NCBI GenBank assembly: GCA_003427395.1
Contig: BFEA01000001.1
Coordinates: forward strand, 3,021,721 to 3,084,521
DNA from: Chara braunii
Lineage: Eukaryota > Plantae > Charophyceae
Length of the DNA stretch: 62,801 bases
Direction of reading: 5' to 3'
This document shows positions 1-9,961 of the stretch, piece by piece. Under the pieces are notes generated by a model. The model worked only from the letters and a program-made list of their open reading frames with translations. It did no database searches and was not told the DNA's origin. The translations under genes and the position numbers were made by a program. Positions within the stretch are counted from its first letter, which is position 1. Every line of letters starts with the position of its first letter.

Positions 1-24
1 TTTGCATGCATTTCCAGGTTGGTA

Positions 25-171
25 CAGTGCCATGTCAGACAGTGCCATGTCAGACAGTGCCACGTCAGCAGTGCCACGTCAGCAGTGCCATGTCAGACAC
101 AGTGCCACGTAAGCAGTGCCACGTTAGACACAGTGCCACGTCACAGTGCCACGTCAGCAGTGCCACGTCAG
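25..171 (+). repeat. Tandem array of 10 copies of CAGTGCCAYGTCAG (13-17 bp units) in the retrotransposon leader
   Basis: Units read directly; the array ends 4 nt before the likely gag ATG at 176. Confidence 0.95.
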
Positions 172-175
172 CAAC

Positions 176-1775
176 ATGACGGGCCTGCCAGGCCAACTGG
201 CCAATGAGCCCATTGCCGACGTCAAGAAGCGGTTCCAGGCTCAGCTCGCTGCAATCGAGGCTGAGGAACAACGCCAGCTGGCAGCCAAGGCTGCCCAGCT
301 ACAGGCTGACGAAGCGGCAGCAGCAGAGATGCTCCGGCTACAGGCCGAAGCAGACGCAGAGGCCCAGGCTCGCCGCAAGGAAGCCCAGGATCTGCTGCAG
401 CGGCATGAAGCAGCCAGCGTTGACAGACTCAAATTCTGGCACTTTGAACCCAACGGCGACGACGCGACACCGGAAGAGCAGCATAAGGAGTTTCTCTCCA
501 AACTCGTGACACGACTGTTGTACACTTGCAACTACCAACAGTCCGAGTTGGAGAAACAGTACCAGGACCTGACGCAACAGCATCAGGAGTTGGCGAAGCT
601 CCGCCTCACAGTGCAGAGCCACGAGGATGCAACTCGGGCACTCAATGCTCGAATGCTGAACCTGGAACAGGCTGTACCAGGACAAGCTGCTGGGGCTTCC
701 AGCAGTGCAACCTCTAGCTGCCAACTGGAGGAACGTGCTGACCACGTAGTGGAAATGCTCGGCGACATCAGCACCTTCGCTGCGCCGACCACCATCAGCA
801 GTCAGCTGCATACCTTGAAGACCGAGGCCCAGCAGCTGCAGTCGACGAACGCGGATGACAATCCGAAGATGTACAAGATGCCAACTTTCCAACTGGACAA
901 GTTCGATGACTACACACAGCAGGATCCGGTCCTCTGGTGGGAAGCATTCACAACGCAACTCAGGATTCTGCCCGTCGCCAAGCACGTGTACATCGGCGCC
1001 TTGTTCCTGAACTCAAAGGGCGGATGCTAGACCTGGTTGGGCAACCTCTCACAGCGTTGACGTACTGGACGTGAAGGACAAAATCACATGGGAGGAACTG
1101 ACACGCCTGTGGAAGAAGCGGTTCATCGTCGACGACGCGCTGGCACTTGCCATCAACCGTTTGTTCACCATGTCACAAGGCAACACTGCAACACGGGATT
1201 GGCTCACGGAGTGGCAGAAGATTGCGGCGGTGCCCAATCTGGACTTGCTATTCACGCATCTACGTCGTGAGTTCTACAACACGTCCTGTGCTGCATTGAG
1301 CCAGGCTCTTCGTGATCGCGAGCAGTACTCAACCTTCGCTGAGATCATTGACAAGGCGAGGGATATCATCAAGACCAACAGGTTAGCTGCACACGAGAAG
1401 TCAACATGGCAGCCGACCTATGTGGAGAAGGTACGAATTGGTCCGCGACAGCAACACTTCGCTGCAGTCTAGTCGCACAGTGGACATAACCGAGCAGCCA
1501 CTCCAACATCAAGTGACGGAGATCAAGTGGCTGCTGTCCAGTGGCGAAGCAACAGCAAGTCCCGCAACAATGGGAAGGAGAAATCCGCATCGCAGGCCGG
1601 AAATGGACAGCCAGTACAAGTTCCATGGGTCAAGTTCGGCTTGACCGAGGCGGAGTACAAGGTCCGCGGCTGCTACGGCAATTGCTATTGGTGCAACAAC
1701 ACCAAGCACAAGACCTTCCTGTGCCAGGATCAGGGCAAGGAGGATGTGCGACCCCGCCTCAACTCGGGAAACTGA
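176..1775 (+). pseudogene. gag: gag: coiled-coil N-terminus, retrotransposon Gag core, CCHC knuckle CYWCNNTKHKTFLC
   Basis: ORFs 146-1030, 1071-1472 and 1527-1775, broken by TAG stops and a frameshift; C-x2-C-x4-H-x4-C motif. Confidence 0.88.
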
Positions 1776-1807
1776 GTTCCGCGGAAGGTGAGGCGACTCC
1801 ACCTTCC
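1766..1807 (+). promoter_or_regulatory. Putative -1 programmed ribosomal frameshift cassette (G GGA AAC + GNRA-capped hairpin)
   Basis: Heptamer 1766-1772 is in gag phase immediately before the gag stop; pol is in the -1 frame; hairpin GGAAGGT-GAG-GCGA-CTC-C-ACCTTCC at 1783-1807. Confidence 0.75.
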
Positions 1808-4715
1808 ATTCCACTAGATTCGTCCGCCTTGCTAGCGGCCTCCTGCACATCTGGGGAGGATGCGAATGTCGCAGGTTTTCGTTACACTTACGAGGACTAT
1901 GCTGTCCACTTGGTTCCACCGCTGGACCAACCGCTCCACGTGCAACAATCTATCGCATGCACGGTTTCATCACCATCGGCAACCAATTCGGCAGCTTCGC
2001 CGCCATCTATTGTCGGGGATTCATCATCGTGGTCAAGACTTGAGGTGCTCGACCCACTGACGTTCACGGACTTCCAGTGGATGCCTGTTCCCCCGACCGG
2101 ACGATTGCCGAAGCCTCATTGCAATGTGCTCATGGCACAACTGCGAGATTACTTGCGCACTGCAGGACCAGCTCCGTTGATGGACGCCGGAGTAGAGGTT
2201 GTCGACCTTCACGCTTACATCGCGAAGATCGACCGCGAGTTCAAGACGCAACGGTACGACGATATTGACGCACCATTGCTATATTTACGCATTCAGATCG
2301 GAGAGGCGACCTGCAACGCCTTGATCGATTGCGGAGCATCTCGCAACTACATCAGCCAGGACTTCATGATGCGCGCCGACCTTGGCCCACGCGTCCGGAG
2401 GAAGTCCCAGCCTACGCAAGTCACGTTGGTGGACGGTCACACGCACAAGTCAATCGACCGGTGCATTAATGCCGTCCCACTGTACTTTGCCCCTCACGCA
2501 AGTGAGGCGGTGTCCTTTGATATTCTGGACACCAAATTCGACATGATCTTGGGCATGTCATGGCTGCGAAGCGAGGATCATCCGGTGAACTTCTTCCACC
2601 GCACCGTTCACATTTGTGATCGGAACGGAGCATTAGTTCCATGCACGGTACCTCTTCCTCATCCTTCGATCAGCTGCCACGTGGTATCCGCCGCAAGCAT
2701 GCGAGCTTCCATCATCAGAGACGACATCGAGGAGATGGGGGTGTGTTTTCTCCACGCCCTCCCGCCCCATGACGCTTCATCGACGGACTCACCTTCGGAT
2801 CCACGCATCACTGAGCTTCTCGACGCCTACAATGACGTGTTCGAAGGCACGCACGGAGTAGTACCGGATCGACCCATCCGCCACGAGATCATCCTCGAGG
2901 ATGGGGCCATACCTCCGCGTGGTTGCATGTACCGAATGATCGAGGAAGAGTTAAGTGTGCTTCGGGCACAACTCGACGACCTTCTGGAGAAAAGCTGGAT
3001 TCGGCTTAGCTCATCGCCATACGGTGCTCCTGTTCTCTTCGTCCGGAAGAAGAACAAGGATTTGCGGTTGTGCATCGATTATCGCAAGCTCAACGCGCAG
3101 ACGATCAAAAACGCCGACCCTCTCCCACGCATCGACGATCTTCTCGAGCGACTGGGCGGCGCCAAGTTCTTCTCCAAGATCGATCTCAAGTCGAGATATC
3201 ACCAACTCGAGATTCGCAAGGAGGATCGCTACAAGACCGCGTTCAAGACGCGATATGGGCATTTCGAATGGCTGGTTATGCCATTCGGCCTTATGAATGC
3301 CCCGACCACTTTCCAAGCGGCTATGACAACGGAGTTCCGACACATGCTGGATCGATACGTACTTATCTACCTCGACGACATTCCGGTGTACAACCGGAGT
3401 TTGGAGGAGCATGTGGAACACTTGCGCACCGTTTTGGAGCGGTTACGACAAACCAAGTACAAAGTCAACCACGACAAGTGTGAATTCGCGCGGCAGGAGC
3501 TGGAGTACTTGGGCCATTATGTGACGCCGCAAGGCATCCGTCCGCTTGCGGACAAGATCGAGGCCCTATGAGTATGGCCCGAGCCCACCAACACCACGGA
3601 CGTTCGTTCATTCATGGGATTGGCGGGCTACTATCAGCGATTCATCACCGGATACTCACCTGTGACGAGGTTACAGTCGCCAAAGGTGCCATTCGTATTC
3701 GATGACGACGCACGCCGGTCATTCCAAGCACTTAAGACGACCATACTCATGGCACCCATCCTCAGCATCTATGACCCCACCTTATCGACGAGAGTGACTA
3801 CAGACATTTCCGGCTATGGCATTGGGGCAGTCTTGGAACAAACGACGACGACGACTGGCACCCTGTGGAGTATTTCAGCCACAAAGTGCCTCCCATCAAC
3901 TCGCTTGATGATGCAAGGAAGAAGGAGCTACTCACGTTCGTCATGGCTCTCAAGCGATGGTGGCACTTCCTCCTTGGGTGTCGTAGGTTCACATGGGTTA
4001 CGGACAACAATCCATTGACCTACTACAAGACGCAGGATACGATGAGCAGTACTATCGGACAGTGGATGTACTTCATCGACCAATTTGACTTCACACCGAA
4101 ACATCTTCCTGGCCTCTCCAATTGTGCAGCAGATGCACTCTCGCGAAGACCTGATCTTTGCGCTATGACTCATCATGCCTTCGCATTCGACGAGGAGCTT
4201 CAGCGACACTTCATCCGGACATACCAGTCTGATCCGGACTTCGCCACACTATATGCACAGCTATCTTCGGATCACCCGCCGGCCAGCCATTACCGTATTG
4301 CCGACGGGTACTTGCTCCTCCACTCAAGAGGCAAGGACTTACAATGTGTCCCACGCGACCGTCGTCTTCGGACTCGCCTCCTCGGCGAGTATCATGATTC
4401 GCGACTCGTCGGCCATTTCGGAGTCAACCGCACTATTGCACGGCTTCGACAACAATTCCGATGGCTTGACCTCATTACCGATGTCACTTGGTATTGCGAC
4501 TCGTGCGAAGTTTGCCGACGCAGCAAACCCCACAACCGCAATCCCTATGGCGAGTTACCCCCGATGCCTATCCCACGGGAACCCGGTCTCCCCAATGCCA
4601 TAGACGTCACCGGTCCGTTTCCTCGCGACAGGCTCGGGCACAACGGCATCCTCACGGTTGTGGACCGATTGAGTAAGTACGCGCGTTTTCTCCCTTGCAA
4701 GTACTACTCCACAGC

Positions 4716-4734
4716 AGATGTGTATAAGAGACAG
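4716..4734 (+). other. Nextera/Tn5 mosaic-end adaptor remnant (assembly artefact) between two identical 59-bp copies (4657-4715, 4735-4793)
   Basis: Exact AGATGTGTATAAGAGACAG. Confidence 0.97.
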
Positions 4735-5804
4735 GTTGTGGACCGATTGAGTAAGTACGCGCGTTTTCTCCCTTGCAAGTACTACTCCACAGCTCCCGAG
4801 ATGGCACGCCTCCTGCACACTGGTTGGATTTGTGGCCATGGTGTACCAGAAGACATTGTCAGCGACCGCGACACTCGTTTCATGTCGGCATTTTGGACTG
4901 CTCTCATGCAGGAGTCCGGCACAACAATGAAACCAATTTGGCTCGGCATCCACAGACAGACGGGCAGATGGAGCGGGCACATTAAACCGCTCAAATGATG
5001 CTTCGTACGCTCATCCGTCCGGACCAGAAAGATTGGGTTGACCGCCTCCCCGACATCGAGTTCGCCTACAACACTTCGGTGCATCCGGCGATCGGCGTGA
5101 CTCCGCAGACCTTCTGCTCCTTCGACCAGCCGACATTGATGCTGCCTGCTCTCCCGCTTCCGTCCGGAAGTACAGGGAATTGTTGACTCAAGCCCGCGCA
5201 AACATGCAAAAGGCTCACGTCCGCATGCAGCAGCAAGCCAACAGGTGTTGCGTACCATGTCCCATCCGCGCCGGTGATCTGGTTTGGGTCTCCGCAGAAG
5301 AGTTTGCACTGGAACAGGATGTTTCACGAAAACTGCTTCCCAAGTGGTTTGGACCTTGGTCTGTGACAGCAGCCGCGGGCGATGAGCCCGATGGCCCTTC
5401 ATTTGTGATCAACATTCCAGAGCATCTGACGGTCCATCCGGTCTTCCACGCCTCGAAGCTGGCAACATACATGCCAGCCAAGAGCGACGACTTTCCGGAC
5501 CGACGATCGCAGGACCCTCCTTCTATGGATGGTCATCAGGAAGTTGACCGCGTCATCACTGATCGCAAGTACGGCAGCAAGCCGCGGCAGTACAAAGTCA
5601 CATTCAAAGCATGCTATCGCGACGACACTCGGTGGATTTCAGGCGCAGATTTGAAAGCATCCGCACCGCTGATCTACGCGCATTGTGAAAGGCGGAGGTT
5701 AGCTCAGGAAGCTTCACGACCAGCCCCTCCCACCCGGACTGTGGTCCCTCCCTCAGACAGACAGCTTCACCCTCGCAGGTAAGATCCAGCTTGAAACGGA
5801 GGGC

Positions 5805-6730
5805 CATTTTCAGGCCCTCATTGTTTCAACCGCCCCTAAGACTCAGGCACGTAAACAGGGATGCGGAACATGCCAGAAATAGCCTGTTCCTCACGAGTTT
5901 GAGCAGGAGCTGCAGCGGCAGCCCCTGCCTCCGATCGGCATTGGCAAGAGCAGCCTCCTGGACTGCTCGCCTGCAGTCAGGAGGCACCCGGGTAGTTCAT
6001 AGGGCTTCCCAGGCACTTCACGGGCAGGTAGTTTTCGGTAGGCACGAGTAGTCTTCAGGATTCGGCCGTAGCACTCAGGAGGAGCGCTGCAGTAGTCTTC
6101 AGCGCTAGGCAGTAGTAGTAGCGCTAGCAGTAGTCTTCAGCGCTGGGCGCTGGTAGGTGGGAGATCGTGGAGTGGGAGAGATACTGGCGGAGGCCAGTGG
6201 TACTTACCTGTGGCGCCATCGCTCCAGCTCCATCTTCGTGGTACCTGCATCAAGGCGCCAACTTCACAGGTTAGTACTGGACACAGAGAGAGAGAGAGTT
6301 CTTCGTCTTCCTCTTCTAAGTCCACCATCTCTTCTCACCCTCTCGCCACCTGACTTCTCAGACTACGACAGAGAGAGAAAGAGTTGTGACTTGAGACTTG
6401 ACGACATTGGATCCAGACTGGACATTGGGATTCAGACATTTCGACGAGGGACTATTTGGGCCTCTACCGAGACTTGGTGTTGACGACATTCCCATCTTCC
6501 CCTCCTGTTTCGTCTAACCCCTCCTTCTTCGTCTGTGTATGGTTGGGGCTGGCGCAGTCTTCTTGTGTGAAGCGCCAGACCTCCTTCACGCCAGATAACG
6601 ATGATGGTGATGTGTGTTCAGAGCTGCATTGCAATATTGATTGTTCGGATCATTCGTATCTAAGTCTTCCGCTGTGTTATCTTGTACTTTGTATTGAGAG
6701 GTCGGTTCTTGTTCTGGTCTGCACGTTACA
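5805..6730 (+). repeat. Probable 3' LTR / 3' non-coding region of the first Gypsy element (left boundary approximate)
   Basis: Follows the pol stop and purine-rich GAAACGGAGGG; contains GTAGTCTTCAG repeats; ends TTACA; partner LTR not in window. Confidence 0.5.
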
Positions 6731-6739
6731 GTATGCAAC

Positions 6740-7624
6740 AATGGCTTGTTTCTATTGGCATGGTGCTGGACCTGCTGGAAAACAGATCCAGTGTCCTTTT
6801 GAAAAGATTAGAGCCTCTGATGACAGCACACCAACAAAAAATAAAAGACATCTGGAATGAGGTCAAGCACCCGGACTCCACAGACTGGCTGGATGCTGTT
6901 TGTCTACAGGAGACAGACCTCTCGCGCACTACTAACCACGAGAGCCCAAAAGAAGACATGTCTGGCCACATACGGGCCTGATACAACCTACTCGGCCCCG
7001 ACCAGCACATGAGCCTCGGCGGGAGTGGACATATGGCTCCCACCCTCCTCACGGCTGAAGCCCCTCCACTCCGAATATGATGAGCAAGAAGGGAGATGGG
7101 TCTTCTTGAAAGCATCTATAGGGGATGAGACGGTGTTCATAGCCTGTGTATACGGGCCGAATAACAACAATGATAGGTTACGATAATGCACAACCACTAT
7201 CAGTCGCTGCCAAAGGACTGCCCGCTTATTCTGGCCGGGGACTTCAATATCACCCCCGACCCAGAGATAGACAGTCAATCATCCTCTCACCCAATTGGAG
7301 GTGACATGGCACCAAACGTGCTTCTGCTCAACCAACTAACATCAGAAATTCAGTTGCGCGACATCTACCACCAACTCCACCCTACCAAACACGCATATAC
7401 ATGCCTGAGGCCTAGGGGAGCGGCGGGCCTCCCAAATTCTAGGATAGATTACTTCCTCATCTCTCACTCCATTTCGCTGCTAGTGATCGTGGTTGAGATT
7501 CAGACTATAAGCCCCTGCCGATGCTTTGATCACAGGGGTATAGTGCTGGGGCTATCCCTCCACCACCACCTTTCACGAGGCCCTAGCTTCTATACTTACA
7601 ATACTTCGTTGCTCAAAGAACGCT
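6740..7624 (+). pseudogene. LINE ORF2 APE-type endonuclease fragment
   Basis: Motifs DAVCLQETD, LILAGDFN, SRIDYFLIS, FDHRG, YNTSLL across broken ORFs. Confidence 0.88.
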
Positions 7625-8696
7625 TGTGATAAGTCGGGATCTGTACTTCGCGGCTTCACGTACCCTTCGGAGTAAAACCCGAAGTAAATTCCGAAGCACG
7701 GATCTTAGCTGATCAAGGAAAGTGGGGTCCATTTTTCACTTTCGGGGATTAAATGCATGCATCTTTCGGAATTGCCCCTGTCCTCGTTCAAATTACTCCT
7801 CGCGGACGGTTAGCGACTGCGCAGAGGAATTCAAGAAATAGTTAGGAATTTCAGTTGTCGGCATTCAAATTTTCTTCATGCTAGAGTGCACGTGGCCATT
7901 TTTGAATTCTTGCACGCCGTGTGAACTCGTTTCCCACTCTGCATATGCGTGCCATCTTTCCTATTTGCTGAGCGCCCCTCCTTACATGTCCCTTCGTCTT
8001 CCCCCAACTATGCGCCCGATCCTCCCCTTATCTTTCCGTGCGATTGATTGGTCGTTAGCTGGGATGGCCGGATCAATGCCGCGAAAGCAAACTTACGAGC
8101 GCAACTTAAATGACTACTCCAATTGAATGAAATTGTCGATCATTCCCCCTTCTTCGACCCTTCTGGTACCTCCTCCTTTCTTCTGTCCTGCTCATCTACA
8201 CCCCTTGCTGCCCGCACAACATGCTGGCACCTTGCAGCCTTCCGCACAAAAAATTCTCGCAGCCCTTTCCTCTCCTTCTCTTTGATCTCGGCTGCAATGT
8301 TGTGCGAGCTATGCGCAAAGACCACAGCGTCGAACATGCTCGACGTGCCCAAGTGACGGGCAGAGTGACGGCGTGAGGTGGGATTAGCGGTAGACTTGGC
8401 GTAAAGCAGTCGGAGAGACTTAGCGGTGGTGGAGATAGAACGTAGCCTGCGGCAACGCCTTGTGGCTATGGTTGGCTGATGTTATGGTTGGTTGGTGGCT
8501 GCGCAACCAACGGAGGCCAACACTGCTGGAATTTTGAATAGCGAGGGACTTACTCTTTTCTCCAAGTGTTGTGTGTCCAGTAGACTATGTGTGGATACTC
8601 AGTCACATGGATGATGTTGGTTACGAGGGTTTATGGATGCTGAATGTTTCGTTGTCCAAGATAGATGAGTGTATGGATGTGGAATGATGCTGCTGG
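7625..8696 (+). repeat. Long LTR-like repeat, copy A, left part
   Basis: Starts TGTGATAAG; colinear diverged homology to 49687-50190 and 51300-51790. Confidence 0.7.
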
Positions 8697-9961
8697 GCCC
8701 GTTGCGGACACTGCTGGGGCGCTTCGCGCACGCGCGGTCGCACATCGGTGTTGGGCCATACCACGTCACGAGCTGACATGCTTAGTGGCCTGACCCCTTG
8801 CACGGGGGTTCCACGTGGAACTCCCGCAGCCGCCGTGTTTCCGACACGTGGCATCTTGGGCTGATACTGGTGGAGAAGAAGTGGAGTGAGCCTTTGGTAC
8901 GACCGAAGTGTGAGAGGTCAATTCGCAAGGAACGGGAGCAAAACGTCCGGAGTAATCGTCTCGGCACGACATCCGCAGTCGCAAGGTGATGGTCAGGGGA
9001 GAAAAAAGAAAAGAAGCATTATACCATACCCACTAGTTAATATTGGAGGGTGTACGCAGGTAGGGCCGGAGAAGATCAACGACGGAGGGTAGTCAGAGGA
9101 AGGAGGGGCGTTGACTATATCGAGGAAGGACAGGAAGGTGAGGCGCGTACTGCGCTCTGGACACGAGGCGGAAGAGGAAAGGAAAGGAAGGCGAAACGAA
9201 GGAGGGCAGGAAACAGGTGGATCTGCTGGAAAGAAGGGAGTCCCACTGCACTATCGACACGTGGTTGACGGGGAAAGGCGAGAATCATCTTCGACCATAA
9301 CAAGGGTGGATAGGGGGGAGAGGAGGTGTGAGGTTGGCGAAACGCAGGGAGCCAGAGGGAAAGATGTCAACACCTTACTTGCAACACTCTCGAGCACTCT
9401 CGACACGAGGCAGAAGAAAAAGGATAGGGATAGATCGGCGGGAACTCGACATGAGATAGAAGGGTCAGAATTGATCGGCCGACGGGGAAGACGAGCATCG
9501 TCATCGTTCACAGCGATGGAGGGTAGGGAGGAGAGGCGTTGTCCATACTTGAAAAGACACGAAACGAGGAAGATGAGCACTATTGCTGGAGATCGGAGGA
9601 ATAATGCATAAGGAGCGAAGGAGAACAAGCAGCGGATAGGAAGAAAGAGGACGGGGTTAGACATCGGCAACGACAACACAAAACAATAAAGTACGCCAGT
9701 AAATCTCCTTCCGCCTCCCCGAGTGTTTCCCTCTATCCCTTACCTGCCATCCCCTCCCCGCTCCCGGGTTTCCCCAAGCCAGCGCGAGCTATTCTCGGAA
9801 CGATCACCTTAAAATGAAAATAAAAAATCATAACAAAAAAAAAAAAAAAAAAAAAAACCATACCCCCCCCCCCCCCAAAAAAAAAACAGGTAATACACAA
9901 TTGTTTTCAACAAAAAAACACACACACACAAAGCACCTGGGCGTGGTAAAACAATCGCTCG

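Larger units (their letters stand above)
1766..5782 (+). pseudogene. pol: pol: aspartic protease (LIDCGAS), RT (YLDD), RNase H, integrase (HHCC, SDRD), chromodomain-like C-terminus
   Basis: ORFs 1541-3571, 3614-4018, 3865-4998, 4995-5186 and 5180-5782 carry the canonical Ty3 motifs, with several stops and frameshifts. Confidence 0.95.
1..6730 (+). mobile_element. Ty3/Gypsy (chromovirus-like) LTR retrotransposon, degenerate; 5' LTR not in window
   Basis: Domain order gag(CCHC)-PR-RT-RNaseH-IN-chromo across ORFs 146-5782, then ~0.9 kb non-coding ending ...GTTACA at 6730, where a LINE fragment begins. Confidence 0.93.

Noticed and set aside
4716-4734. Real Tn5/IS50 insertion or horizontal transfer
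   Set aside because: The sequence is the synthetic mosaic end, and the full Nextera junction is also present at 29905-29942
8697-8880. HDV-like ribozyme at the LINE 5' end
   Set aside because: I could not build the P1/P3/L3 nested pseudoknot by eye
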